Source: a bacterium
Lineage (GTDB): Bacteria > Sysuimicrobiota > Sysuimicrobiia > Sysuimicrobiales > Kaftiobacteriaceae
Reading direction: 5' to 3'
NCBI GenBank assembly: GCA_035292085.1
Contig: DATDQT010000083.1
Span: 12,288 to 76,287, forward strand
Length of the DNA: 64,000 bases
The position numbers were made by a program, and so were the translations under genes. The notes under the pieces were generated by a model. The model was not told where the DNA came from. It ran no database searches and worked only from the letters and a program-made list of their open reading frames with translations. The first letter of the stretch is position 1. The number at the start of each line of letters is the position of its first letter. Positions 35,310 through 44,949 of this stretch are shown here, piece by piece.

Positions 35310-36160
35310 TCCCCGCCGCATTTGAGTACCACCGCCCATCGACGCTGGACGAGGCGTTGAAACTGCTCGCCGATCTTCCCGATGCGAAGGTGCTGGCGGG
35401 CGGCCACAGTCTGCTGCCCCTGATGAAGCTCCGTCTGGCGAGCCCGGCCCACCTCATTGATCTCGGCCGGATGCCCGCCCTCCGGTACATCAGGCGGGAG
35501 GGAGATACCGTTGCGCTCGGCGCCATGACCACGCACTGGATGGTGGAGTCGTCCGACCTGGTTGGCCGCACCGTCCCGCTGCTGGCCGAGGCCGCATCAA
35601 CGGTGGGTGACGTGCAGGTCCGCAATGTCGGGACCATCGGGGGCAGCCTGGCCCACGCCGACCCCGCCGCCGACTATCCGGCCGCGCTCCTGGCGTTGGG
35701 CGCCTCGATGGTCGCGCAGAGTCCTCGTGGCCGGCGGACGATCGAGGCCACGGCTTTCTTCACCGGGCTGTTCGCCACGGCGCTGGCGCCCGATGAGCTG
35801 CTGGTGGAAATTCGGGTGCCCGTCCAGCGCGGCAGCGGCGCCTACATGAAGTTCCCGCATCCGGCGTCTGGATTTGCCGTCGTCGGCGTGGCCGTGTCGG
35901 CCGTGGTGGCGGGCGGGCGTTTCGGAGACGTGCGCGTGGGTCTGACCGGGGTCGGGTCCGTCCCCTATCGGGCGGGAGGCGTCGAGTCCGCACTCGCCGG
36001 TCAGCCGGCATCGCCCGAAGCGATCGCGGCGGCCGCCGAGCATGCCCCGGACGGAGTCGACGTCAACGACGATCTGTTCGCGCCCGCAGACTATCGGGCG
36101 CACCTGGCGCGGGTGTACACCAAGCGCGCGCTGCTGCTGGCCGTCGAGCGAGCGGGCTAA
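35306..36160 (+). CDS. FAD-binding medium subunit of a xanthine dehydrogenase/CO dehydrogenase-family enzyme (CoxM/CutM-like)
   Basis: Trimmed to ATG 35306 (ATGA overlap with the coxS-like stop). Begins [21 protein letters not shown]...AGGHSLLPLMKLR, and contains NVGTIGGSLAHADPAADYP; 284 aa. Confidence 0.85.
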   Translation: MIPAAFEYHRPSTLDEALKLLADLPDAKVLAGGHSLLPLMKLRLASPAHLIDLGRMPALRYIRREGDTVALGAMTTHWMVESSDLVGRTVPLLAEAASTVGDVQVRNVGTIGGSLAHADPAADYPAALLALGASMVAQSPRGRRTIEATAFFTGLFATALAPDELLVEIRVPVQRGSGAYMKFPHPASGFAVVGVAVSAVVAGGRFGDVRVGLTGVGSVPYRAGGVESALAGQPASPEAIAAAAEHAPDGVDVNDDLFAPADYRAHLARVYTKRALLLAVERAG

Positions 36161-36167
36161 GGAGACG

Positions 36168-36596
36168 ATGATGAGCATGGAGACCCGGGACGACCTGATC
36201 GGGACCCTGGCGGGATTGACGCTGTTTGCCGATCTGAGCCGGCCCCAGCTCGAGGCCGTGGTGCACCTGCTGGAGGACGAGTATTTCGCCGAAGGCCAGC
36301 GGATCCTGCGCCAGGGTTTCAGCGGGAGCAACCTGTACTTCATCGTGGAAGGCGAAGCCGGCGTGGTCATCAACGGCACGCAGCGCAGCAAACTCGGGAA
36401 GGGAGATTTCTTCGGCGAGGTCTCCGTGCTGCTGGGTGAGCCGCCGATCGCCGACGTCGTCGCGCTGCGGCCGCTGCGCTGTCTGGTGCTGCCCGGCCCG
36501 GATCTGGAGTCGTTCCTCCTCGCCTACCCGCACGTCACCTACCGGATGCTCCAGGCGGAGGCCCTCCGCTTACGCAACGCCAGCCAGTGGCGATGA
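36168..36596 (+). CDS. Cyclic-nucleotide-binding domain protein (stand-alone cNMP domain, no output domain)
   Basis: ATG 36168 is preceded by AAGGAG. Contains LFADLSRPQLEAVVHLL...GDFFGEVSVLLGEPPIADVVA; 142 aa. Confidence 0.75.
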   Translation: MMSMETRDDLIGTLAGLTLFADLSRPQLEAVVHLLEDEYFAEGQRILRQGFSGSNLYFIVEGEAGVVINGTQRSKLGKGDFFGEVSVLLGEPPIADVVALRPLRCLVLPGPDLESFLLAYPHVTYRMLQAEALRLRNASQWR

Positions 36597-38167
36597 GGGG
36601 CCGCCGGGCATCACGTCGCGACTCGCCTCGGGCGCCGGCCCGGTCACGCCCCGGACCACGCGCGGCCAAGACTCGTGCGCCCGCCAAACCGTTTCCCCCC
36701 GGCGAGTATCCGATTGTCATCGTGGGCAGCGGTCCCGGCGGGCTCCAAATGAGTTACTTCCTCTCCGCGCTGGGTCTTCGCCATGCGATGATCTCGGCCG
36801 ATCCGGGGCCGGGCGGCATGTTCAGGCAATTTCCGCTGTTCCAGAAGCTGAACAGCTGGTCGAAGCCGTATCCGCCCGTGGCGCCGACCTCCCGGCACTA
36901 CGCCTGGTACGACTGGAACAGTCTGCTGGCCGATGACGCGGCCCAGCACGTGCTGGTGCCCGAGTTCATGGACGGAAGCACGTACTTCCCGACGCGGGAA
37001 CAGATGGAGCTGGGCCTGGTCACATTCGCGGAGCGCGCCGCGATCGCGGTCCGCTACGGCTGCCGCTGGGAATCCACCCGCCGAGCCGAGGGTGGGGGCC
37101 TCGTCCTTGGGACCTCCGACGGTGAGTACGCCTGCCGGGTGGCGATCTTCGCGGTTGGGATGGCGGAGCCGTGGAAACCGGTCGTGCCGGGCATCGACAT
37201 GGTCCCGCACTACGCCGAAGCGAAGATCTCGCGCCAGTACGCCGGCCGCACCGTCTTCATCTTGGGGAAGCGGACCTCCGCGTTTGAGATGGCCGACGCG
37301 ATACTCCCGTGGGCCCGGCAGATCGTCCTGCTGTCTCCCCGGCCGCCCCTGCTGTCCATCAACACGCGGTCGACGGCCGGCGTGAGGGCGCGGTATCTCC
37401 TCCCCTATGAAGACTACGTCCTGGGGGGCGGCGTGTTTGCGATCGACGCGGCGGTGAGCCGGATCGAGCGGGCGGCGGCAGGCTACCGGATCTATGCGTC
37501 CGGGACGACGCGGCCGGGTGACTTCATCTTCGACGTCGATCTCGTGCTCGCCGCCACGGGGTGGACGACGCCGCTGGGCGACCTGCGCACCCTCGGGCTG
37601 GCCACGTTCGCGCAGGACCGGATTCCGGCGCTGACGCCGTTTTGGGAGAGCACCACCGTCCCGGGCATCTTTTTTGCCGGCGCGACGACGCAGGGGGCGG
37701 TGGGATTGCGCAAGTACGGCATCCCCAGCAACTCCGGCGGGGTGGGGGGATTCCGGCACAATGCCCGGGTGCTGGCCGCCTACCTCGGCCGCAGACACTT
37801 CGGTCTGGACCTGCCGAAACCGCGCGTCTCGCCGGACCGCGTTGTCCCATACCTGCTGTCCGAAGCGAGTACGGCGGCCGAATTGTGGAACCAGCGGTCC
37901 TATCTGGCCCGCGTGGTGAGTTTCGATGCCTCTGACGGCATCCGCGATGACGGGATTCTCCCGCTGCAGTTCTTCGTCGACTCCCCCGGTGCCGACGCGG
38001 CCGCGGTGGTGTTGGAGACGGATCAGAGTGGCGACAACCATCCGGCGGTCTACGTGCGGCGCGGCAACCAGGTCAGCGAGCACGCCCTGGACGGCGATCC
38101 GCTGCTGAACTTTCAGTCGCCCCGGCACGCGGAGCAGCTGAGCGCGCTGTTGAAGGGTCTTCTCTAG
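36593..38167 (+). CDS. FAD/NAD(P)-binding oxidoreductase (flavin-monooxygenase / pyridine-nucleotide-disulfide-oxidoreductase-like), 524 aa
   Basis: ATG 36593 forms an ATGA overlap with the preceding stop. After an Arg-rich ~45-aa N-terminus comes the dinucleotide motif IVIVGSGPGGL, then a second Rossmann-like FILGKRTSAFEMAD and a late FFAGATTQG. The C-terminal ~100 aa are unassigned. Confidence 0.65.
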   Translation: MRGRRASRRDSPRAPARSRPGPRAAKTRAPAKPFPPGEYPIVIVGSGPGGLQMSYFLSALGLRHAMISADPGPGGMFRQFPLFQKLNSWSKPYPPVAPTSRHYAWYDWNSLLADDAAQHVLVPEFMDGSTYFPTREQMELGLVTFAERAAIAVRYGCRWESTRRAEGGGLVLGTSDGEYACRVAIFAVGMAEPWKPVVPGIDMVPHYAEAKISRQYAGRTVFILGKRTSAFEMADAILPWARQIVLLSPRPPLLSINTRSTAGVRARYLLPYEDYVLGGGVFAIDAAVSRIERAAAGYRIYASGTTRPGDFIFDVDLVLAATGWTTPLGDLRTLGLATFAQDRIPALTPFWESTTVPGIFFAGATTQGAVGLRKYGIPSNSGGVGGFRHNARVLAAYLGRRHFGLDLPKPRVSPDRVVPYLLSEASTAAELWNQRSYLARVVSFDASDGIRDDGILPLQFFVDSPGADAAAVVLETDQSGDNHPAVYVRRGNQVSEHALDGDPLLNFQSPRHAEQLSALLKGLL

Positions 38168-38601
38168 TGCCGGTGTTGTTCGCTCGTCGATCTGAGGCGG
38201 TGGACGACTTCGCGCATGATCTGCAGCGTTACCTTGGGATTCTTCTCGAGCAGTTTGGTGAACTCCCACGAGGCCAGCGCCAGGCAGGTTGTTGGTTCTT
38301 CCGTGAGCACGTGCGCCATCCGCGGTGACTGATCGAGAACGGAGAGTTCTCCAAAGAAATCGCCCGGCCCCAGCGTGTTGAGCGTCTCGCTGCCGCGGAT
38401 GACCCGGGCCCGGCCGGCCACGATGAGGTAGAATCCCGTGCCGATCTGTCCCTGGCGGACGATGTACCGGCCCGCAGGGAACTCGATGACCTCGGCCCGG
38501 TCGGCCACGGCCCCGAGCGCCCTCGGTCCAAGCCCCGAGAACAGGGAGACGCCGCGCAGCCACTTGACCTTCTCCGCCCGTGTCATCGCCATGATCGTCA
38601 C
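38164..38601 (-). CDS. Cyclic-nucleotide-binding domain protein (second stand-alone copy)
   Basis: 145 aa. Contains LFSGLGPRALGAVADRAEVIEFPAGRYIVRQGQIGTGFYLIVAG...GDFFGELSVLD. It converges on the flavoprotein gene with a 4-nt overlap. Confidence 0.75.
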   Translation of the reverse strand: MTIMAMTRAEKVKWLRGVSLFSGLGPRALGAVADRAEVIEFPAGRYIVRQGQIGTGFYLIVAGRARVIRGSETLNTLGPGDFFGELSVLDQSPRMAHVLTEEPTTCLALASWEFTKLLEKNPKVTLQIMREVVHRLRSTSEQHRH

Positions 38602-38772
38602 CGCTCTCTATGAACGTTCGGGTCGCACGCGCAGATTCCCGCGGCGGCCCTCCACCAGCCCCATCCCCATCGCGCTTGCGCCTTGCACCGACCGCCTGCC
38701 TGGAACTGAAGGAGGTCGCCGACATCCGGTCAAATAGGCCAGGGAGGTATCCTCCGGGGAGGTGGCGGGAGC

Positions 38773-40245
38773 ATGGCTGACGAGCATGGCAGCAAGTGGG
38801 TTCAGGTTTCGGAGAATCGCTGGCGGCGCGTCTCGCGCCGCGAGTTTCTCAAACTTACGGCCGGGGCCGCGGCGGGCGCGGGCCTGGCGGCGGGCAGTTT
38901 TGGATCCCTCCTGACCTCGTTTGTCAAAGCGCAGCCGCGCGCGCTGCGCATCATGACGTGGGCGCACTTCGTCCCCTGGGCGTACCACCCCTGGTTCGAC
39001 AACTTCGCGAGGGAGTGGGGGCGGAGCAAGGGGATCGAGGTCACGATCGACCGCGTCAGTTTCGCCGACATCGTCCCGCGGGCGACGGCCGAAGTGGCGG
39101 CGCAACAGGGGCACGACATGTACTTCTTCATCTCTCCGCCTTCCCAGTTTGAGCAGCAGGTCCTCGACCTGGCGGATGTCAACGGCGACGCGGCGCGGCG
39201 CTACGGCCCGATCCTCCCGGTGGTGCGCGACAGTACCTACAACCCGCACACGCGGAAGTGGTTCGGGTTCTCCGACAACTGGGTTCCAGACCCGGGCGAC
39301 TATCTGAAGAGTGCCTGGTCTGCGGTTGGGTACACGCAGGGGCCGAAGACGTGGGAGGACCTGCTCACCGCCGGCCGGCGGATCAAGGAGAGGTTTCCCA
39401 ACATTCAGATCCCCATCGGCGTCGGGTACTCGCAAGACATCGACTCCAACATGGCGACGCGGGCGATACTCTGGTCGTTCGGCGCGTCCGTCCAGGACAA
39501 AGATTCAAACGTCGTGCTCAACTCTGAAGAGACAGTCAAGGCGGTGGAGTGGGGAGTCCGGCTCTTCCGCGAGGTGATGACACCGGCCGTGATGAGCTGG
39601 AACGCCGCCTCCAACAACCAGGCGCTGGAAGCGGGAGCCACCTCGTATATCCTCAACTCGATTTCCGCGTACCGGTCCGCGCAGTTCCGGCGGCTGCCGA
39701 TTGCCGCCGACATCAACTTCGTCCCCGCACTGAGGGGTCCAGTCCGCGCCCTGGCCGCCACGCACGTCATGGGCGTGTGGGTCATCTGGAGGTTCGGGCG
39801 TGCGCCAGATCTGGCGAAGGAGTTCCTACTCCACCTGACCGACAACGCGCGCGCGTCAACCCTGGGCAGCGAACTGTACAACTTCCCGGCCTACATGGGG
39901 GCTGCGGCCGAGAAATCCACTCCGGTGGCGCAGAAACCGGCCGAGGGGCTGAGATGGATCCAGAGCCAGGTGCGCAGAGACCGTTTCGGGTCACTCCCTC
40001 CGGACAAACTGAAAGTGTTGGCTGATTCCCTGAACTGGTCGGCCAACATCGGCTGGCCCGGGGTGGCCAACCCCGCCGAAGGCGAGATCTTCGACACCAG
40101 CGTCACCGCCGACATGTTCGGCAAGGCGGCGACGGGACAGTCAACACCGAAGCAGGCCGTCGAAGAGGCCAGCCGCCGTGCGAAGGACATTTACGCGAAG
40201 TGGCGGCGCGCCGGTCTCGTGGGGGGCGGCAGCAAGGATCGTTGA
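38773..40245 (+). CDS. ABC transporter extracellular solute-binding protein (family 1, carbohydrate-type) with Tat-like signal
   Basis: 490 aa. The N-terminus SRREFLKLTAGAAAGAGLAAG is Tat-like, and the gene is followed by ATPase and two permease genes. Confidence 0.75.
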   Translation: MADEHGSKWVQVSENRWRRVSRREFLKLTAGAAAGAGLAAGSFGSLLTSFVKAQPRALRIMTWAHFVPWAYHPWFDNFAREWGRSKGIEVTIDRVSFADIVPRATAEVAAQQGHDMYFFISPPSQFEQQVLDLADVNGDAARRYGPILPVVRDSTYNPHTRKWFGFSDNWVPDPGDYLKSAWSAVGYTQGPKTWEDLLTAGRRIKERFPNIQIPIGVGYSQDIDSNMATRAILWSFGASVQDKDSNVVLNSEETVKAVEWGVRLFREVMTPAVMSWNAASNNQALEAGATSYILNSISAYRSAQFRRLPIAADINFVPALRGPVRALAATHVMGVWVIWRFGRAPDLAKEFLLHLTDNARASTLGSELYNFPAYMGAAAEKSTPVAQKPAEGLRWIQSQVRRDRFGSLPPDKLKVLADSLNWSANIGWPGVANPAEGEIFDTSVTADMFGKAATGQSTPKQAVEEASRRAKDIYAKWRRAGLVGGGSKDR

Positions 40246-40332
40246 GGCTCTCGGGACCACTACGAGCTGGTGAGCAGGGGAGCAGGGGACACGGTGCTCC
40301 CCTGTTGCCATGTTCCACTGATGGGGACGGCG

Positions 40333-41373
40333 ATGGCATACGTTGAGACCAAAGATCTGCGCAAGGCGTTCGGCGACGTGGTCGCCGTCGATGGAGTCAG
40401 CCTCTCCGTCGGAGAGGGGGAACTCCTCGTGCTCCTCGGCCCGTCCGGGTGCGGCAAGACCACGCTGATGCGGATGATTGCCGGACTGGAGACGCCCACG
40501 TCGGGGGAGATCTGGATCGCCGGCGAGCGCGTCGACGTCGATGTGCCGCCGCGGGCGCGCGGGATCGCGATGGTGTTCCAGAGTTACGCGTTGTACCCGC
40601 ACAAGACCGCCTATAAGAACATCGCGTTCCCCCTGGAAGCCATGGCGACGCCCCCGGCGCAGGTCCGCGAGCGGGTCGCCATCGGCGCCAGACGGTTCGG
40701 CATCGAGCGGCTGCTCAGCCGCTTTCCCCGCCAGCTCTCCGGCGGGGAGCGGCAGCGCGTGGCCCTCGCCCGGGCGGTGGTGCGCGATCCCAAGGTGTTC
40801 TTGTTCGACGAACCGCTGTCCAACCTCGACGCGCAGCTGCGGGCCCTGGCCCGCTATGAACTGCGGGAGTTTCAACGTCAGATCGGTACGACCACGATCT
40901 ACGTGACCCACGACCAGGTCGAAGCGATGGGGCTGGGCGACCGCATCGCGGTCATGGACAAAGGCAAGGTGCGGCAGGTCGGGACGCCGCAGGACGTGTA
41001 CGATTACCCCACCGACACGTTTGTCGCCACGTTCCTCGGGTCGCCGCCGATGAATCTGGTCGAACACGATGAACAGACGCTGTATGGATTCCGACCGGAG
41101 CACCTGCTCCCGCGGGCGGCGTTTGCCCAGGAGGAGGACGTGGTCATTTATCACCTGCGGGTGCGGCAGGTCGAGCATCTGGGCGCCGATCGGCTGATCT
41201 ACGGTCACCTGGAGGAAGAGACGCGGGCGGACCAGCCCGTGATCGCGGCGCTCCCGGTGACGATCCCGACGCCGGTCGCAGAGGACCAGGTCTACGAGTT
41301 CGCGGTGCCCGCCCGAGCCATGCGGTACTTCGACCGGACCACGGGACTGAGGCGACTCGATGGCGCTGCCTGA
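40333..41373 (+). CDS. ABC transporter ATP-binding protein (MalK/UgpC-like)
   Basis: ATG 40333 (ATG 40321 is also possible). Walker A GPSGCGKTT, signature LSGGERQRVALARA and Walker B VFLFDEPLSNLD; 346 aa. Confidence 0.85.
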   Translation: MAYVETKDLRKAFGDVVAVDGVSLSVGEGELLVLLGPSGCGKTTLMRMIAGLETPTSGEIWIAGERVDVDVPPRARGIAMVFQSYALYPHKTAYKNIAFPLEAMATPPAQVRERVAIGARRFGIERLLSRFPRQLSGGERQRVALARAVVRDPKVFLFDEPLSNLDAQLRALARYELREFQRQIGTTTIYVTHDQVEAMGLGDRIAVMDKGKVRQVGTPQDVYDYPTDTFVATFLGSPPMNLVEHDEQTLYGFRPEHLLPRAAFAQEEDVVIYHLRVRQVEHLGADRLIYGHLEEETRADQPVIAALPVTIPTPVAEDQVYEFAVPARAMRYFDRTTGLRRLDGAA

Positions 41374-42304
41374 ACAGGCACCGGCGGCGGCACGGCCTGC
41401 GCCGCTCGCCCTGCGCCGGGCCACGCTGGCCGACCGCGAAGGGGCGTTGGGTCGGCTCCTGATGGCGCCTGCGTTCCTGTACGTCATCTTGCTGGTGGGC
41501 ATTCCGTTCGTGCTGGCGATTTTGCTCAGTTTCAGCGGGGCGCGATCGGGGAGCCTCGCGTTCTCCTGGGTCGGTCTCTATCACTTTGCCACGATCATCC
41601 GGGATGATCAGTTCCAGCGGACCCTCGTCAACACCCTGATCTTCACGGTGGTCTCGCAGATCCTGGTTATGATCCTGGCCACCACCGCGGCCAACGTGCT
41701 GGAAGCGGCCTTCGTCGGCAAGCGCGCCGTGCGGATGGTGCTGCTGCTCCCCTGGGCCGTACCGGTCTCGCTGGCGACGATGGCCTGGGCGTGGATTTTC
41801 GACTCAACGTTCAGCGTCATCAACTGGACGCTGCGCGCGGGAGGGTTGATGAAGGGCTGGATCTACTGGCTCGGCGACACCGAACTGGCGATGGCGGCCA
41901 TCATCATCATCCATGTCTGGCGGATGTTCCCCTTTGCCACCGTAGTCCTGCTGGCCGGCCTGACAGCCATCCCCACAGAAATCCGGGAAGCGGCGGTCAT
42001 CGACGGGGCGTCCTTCTGGCGCCGGCTCTTCCAGGTCAACTTACCGCTGCTGCTACCCGTCGTCGCCGTCGCGGTCCTCTTCGGCGTCGTCTTCACCTCG
42101 ACGGACCTGAGCGTCGTCTACCTGCTTACGCGCGGCGGCCCGTACAACAGTACACATGTCCTGTCCAGCCTGGCGTTCCAGCGGGGAATTCTGGGAGGCG
42201 ACCTCGGCCAGGGCGCGGCGATCGCCCTGTTCCTGCTGCCCGCGCTCGTCCTTGTCGCCATCGGGCTGCTCCGTCTGGCGCGGCGGTCGGAGGTCGGCGG
42301 ATGA
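41360..42304 (+). CDS. ABC transporter permease (MalF/UgpA-like)
   Basis: 314 aa, polytopic, with the EAA-type loop EIREAAVIDGASFWRRLFQVNLP. Confidence 0.8.
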   Translation: MALPEQAPAAARPAPLALRRATLADREGALGRLLMAPAFLYVILLVGIPFVLAILLSFSGARSGSLAFSWVGLYHFATIIRDDQFQRTLVNTLIFTVVSQILVMILATTAANVLEAAFVGKRAVRMVLLLPWAVPVSLATMAWAWIFDSTFSVINWTLRAGGLMKGWIYWLGDTELAMAAIIIIHVWRMFPFATVVLLAGLTAIPTEIREAAVIDGASFWRRLFQVNLPLLLPVVAVAVLFGVVFTSTDLSVVYLLTRGGPYNSTHVLSSLAFQRGILGGDLGQGAAIALFLLPALVLVAIGLLRLARRSEVGG

Positions 42305-43161
42305 GGCCGCGGCGGGTGGTCGTGATCCTGAAGCGGATCGCCCTCTACGCCACGGCCGGGTTCTTCACGCTCCTGTCGATCTTCCCGTTCTACTGGATGC
42401 TCGTGACCGCGTTCAAAGAGGATAACGATCTGTACGTCGCGGGGACCGTCCGGGACCACATTCCTTGGATTTTCAACGAACCTCCCACGCTCGAGCACTA
42501 TCAATACTTGCTCGGCGACACGGCCTACCTGGTATGGGTGCGCAACACACTGCTGGTCGGGGCGGCTGTGGTCGTGATCACGCTGCTGCTGGCGGTCCCC
42601 GCCGGCTACGCGCTGGCGCGCTTGACGGGCCGGTGGGGAGAGCGACTGGGCATTGGGATCTTCCTGACATACCTGATCCCGCCGACCCTGCTGTTCATTC
42701 CATTCTCCCGCGTCGTGTCGGTGCTGGGACTGCAGAACTCCCTGTGGGCGCTGGTCTTGGTCTATCCGACGTTCACGATTCCTTTCTGCACCTGGCTGTT
42801 GATGGGATTCTTCCGGTCCATCCCGCGGGACATTGAGGAGCAGGCGATGATCGACGGGTACAGCCGTCTAGCCGCGATCCGGATCGTTGTGCTCCCGCTG
42901 GCCATGTCCGGCGTGCTCACCGCGGCATTCTTCTCCTTCGCCCTTGTCATGCAGGACTTCGTGTACGCCCTGACCTTCATCAGTTCGGTGGGCAAGATGA
43001 CCGTCAGCCTGGGCATCCCCGTGGCGCTGTTCCGCGACGTGTTCAACTGGGGGGCGATGATGGCCGCCGCGCTGATCACCAGCGTGCCCATCGCCATCGT
43101 CTACAACCTGTTCATCGACCGGTTCATCGCCGGCCTCACCACCGGAGCCGTGAAAGGATAG
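42301..43161 (+). CDS. ABC transporter permease (MalG/UgpE-like)
   Basis: Trimmed from ORF 41791..43161 to ATG 42301 (ATGA overlap). Contains FPFYWMLVTAFK and the EAA-type loop DIEEQAMIDGYSRLAAIRIVVLP; 286 aa. Confidence 0.8.
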   Translation: MRPRRVVVILKRIALYATAGFFTLLSIFPFYWMLVTAFKEDNDLYVAGTVRDHIPWIFNEPPTLEHYQYLLGDTAYLVWVRNTLLVGAAVVVITLLLAVPAGYALARLTGRWGERLGIGIFLTYLIPPTLLFIPFSRVVSVLGLQNSLWALVLVYPTFTIPFCTWLLMGFFRSIPRDIEEQAMIDGYSRLAAIRIVVLPLAMSGVLTAAFFSFALVMQDFVYALTFISSVGKMTVSLGIPVALFRDVFNWGAMMAAALITSVPIAIVYNLFIDRFIAGLTTGAVKG

Positions 43162-43219
43162 ACGGACAGAGGGCCCGACCGTCAATCGTCGAAGGAGCCT
43201 CGGGGAGGGGTGTTCCAAA

Positions 43220-43738
43220 ATGGCAACAGCAAAGCCCGACGGCGGCCGGCCCGGGGCCAGAGCCTTCGGCGCCTACGTGAGGCTGCTCCGGGAGAACTTC
43301 TACGAGCAGGGGAGGGGAAAAGGCCTGCGCCAGCTGGCGCGGGAGACGGCGATCGCGCCCAGCGTACTCTCTCGCGGGGAGCGAGGTCTGCAGGATCTCC
43401 GCCAGGTGACGTACATCGAGCGGCTCGCCCCGCACCTGGGGGTCCGGACCTCGGTGCTCAAGCGGGTTGCCGACCTCATCACGCCCGAGGACATCACCTA
43501 CTTCCAAGGCGAGGGCAAAGGGCACGTGCCGGTCGCCGAACTAGGGCGCCGGGGAGCCAGCACGGTGCTGTGGTCCAGGCTGCTTGGGGAGATGGAACAC
43601 CTCCGGGAGTCATCGCCGGAGACGCTGGAGGCGGTCCTCGTCTACGTGGAGTTCTTGCGCACCAGGCTCAGAGGGGAACCCGCTGGAATTCGCGAGGGAG
43701 ACGGCAAGACGGTCCGTATGGCTCCTTCCCGATCGTGA
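43220..43738 (+). CDS. XRE-family helix-turn-helix transcriptional regulator
   Basis: 172 aa. GLRQLARETAIAPSVLSRGERG fits the Cro/C1-type HTH. I recognised nothing in the C-terminal half. Confidence 0.55.
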   Translation: MATAKPDGGRPGARAFGAYVRLLRENFYEQGRGKGLRQLARETAIAPSVLSRGERGLQDLRQVTYIERLAPHLGVRTSVLKRVADLITPEDITYFQGEGKGHVPVAELGRRGASTVLWSRLLGEMEHLRESSPETLEAVLVYVEFLRTRLRGEPAGIREGDGKTVRMAPSRS

Positions 43739-43808
43739 CGGCGCCGAGAATGGTCATCTCCGCGACAGAGAAACCCGCCGGTTCTCCCAGGACACTATGT
43801 AGGAGATT

Positions 43809-44933
43809 ATGGCAACAGTGAAGACGACACCGCGGAAGATTCCGATTGCCCGGCCTGTGATCTCGGAGAGTGAGAAACGCCGGGTCATGGCCGTGCTCGA
43901 CTCGGGCATGCTCGTAGCCGGGGTCCAGGTGAAGGCGTTCGAGGCGGCATTTGCCGCGTACCTTGGGATCGGACATGCCGTGGCCACGTCGTCCGGCACG
44001 ACGGCGCTCCAGGTGGCGTTGGAGGCCCTGCGCATCGGGCAAGGAGACCGCGTCGTGACGACGCCGTTTACGTTTGTGGCGACCAGCAACGCCATTCTCC
44101 ACGCCGGGGCCGCGCCGGTGTTCGTGGACGTGGACCCGGTCACGTACAGCCTCGACGCCGACGCCGTGGAACGGGCAGGACGGGATGGCGCCAGGGCGGT
44201 CCTATGCGTGCACCTCTATGGGATGCCGTGCCGGATGGACCCGCTGGTGGACATCTGCCGCCGGTACGGGATGCTGCTGATCGAAGACTGCGCGCAGGCC
44301 CACGGCGCGCGATACCGCGGCCGGATGGTGGGGACATTCGGCGACGCCGCGATTTTCAGTTTCTACCCGTCCAAGAACATGACAACCGGGGAGGGCGGGA
44401 TGGTCGTGACCGGCGAGGCCGACGCTGCCGACCGGGCCCGGCTGCTGGTCAATGTCGGGCAAGATGGCGCCGGCGAGTATCGCTACGAGACGATCGGCTA
44501 TAACTACCGGATGACCGACATCGCGGCCGCGCTGGGACTGGGGCAGCTCGAACGGCTCGACGACATGAACGCCGTGCGGTGGGCGCACGCGCGCCAGCTC
44601 ACCGAGCGCTTCAACGGCCTCGAGTGGCTGACCCCGCCGGCAGAGCCCGAGGGCCATCTCCCCGTCTACAACCAGTACACGGTTCGTGTGACCGACGGTC
44701 GCGACGCGCTGGCGCGCCGCCTGACCGTGGCCGGCATCGGACACCGAGTGTACTATCCTTCGCTGATTCCGGATTCGCCCGCCTACCGGCGCCTGGGCTT
44801 CGGGGGAGAGTTCCCCACGGCCGGCCGGCTGACGCAGGAGGTCCTGTCCCTGCCGGTGCATCCCGCGCTGGAACACGGCGATCTGGCGCGCATCGTGGAG
44901 GCCGTCACTGGGTTCACTCCGGGCCATTCCTAG
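43809..44933 (+). CDS. DegT/DnrJ/EryC1/StrS-family PLP-dependent sugar aminotransferase
   Basis: 374 aa. Contains TSSGTTALQVAL, DCAQAHGA and FSFYPSKNMTTGEGGMV, which carries the PLP Lys. Confidence 0.85.
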   Translation: MATVKTTPRKIPIARPVISESEKRRVMAVLDSGMLVAGVQVKAFEAAFAAYLGIGHAVATSSGTTALQVALEALRIGQGDRVVTTPFTFVATSNAILHAGAAPVFVDVDPVTYSLDADAVERAGRDGARAVLCVHLYGMPCRMDPLVDICRRYGMLLIEDCAQAHGARYRGRMVGTFGDAAIFSFYPSKNMTTGEGGMVVTGEADAADRARLLVNVGQDGAGEYRYETIGYNYRMTDIAAALGLGQLERLDDMNAVRWAHARQLTERFNGLEWLTPPAEPEGHLPVYNQYTVRVTDGRDALARRLTVAGIGHRVYYPSLIPDSPAYRRLGFGGEFPTAGRLTQEVLSLPVHPALEHGDLARIVEAVTGFTPGHS

Positions 44934-44949
44934 CGGCGAAGCGCAGCGC

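Noticed and set aside
36644-38725. 693-aa minus-strand ORF covering the flavoprotein and cNMP genes
   Set aside because: It is a shadow ORF with an Arg/Gly/Pro-rich translation and no motifs. The plus-strand flavoprotein has clear dinucleotide-binding motifs, and the real minus-strand cNMP gene (38164-38601) is in a different frame.
43210-43821. 203-aa alternative-frame ORF overlapping the XRE regulator
   Set aside because: Its translation is Arg/Gly/Pro-rich, whereas the 43220..43738 frame gives a plausible HTH protein with balanced composition.
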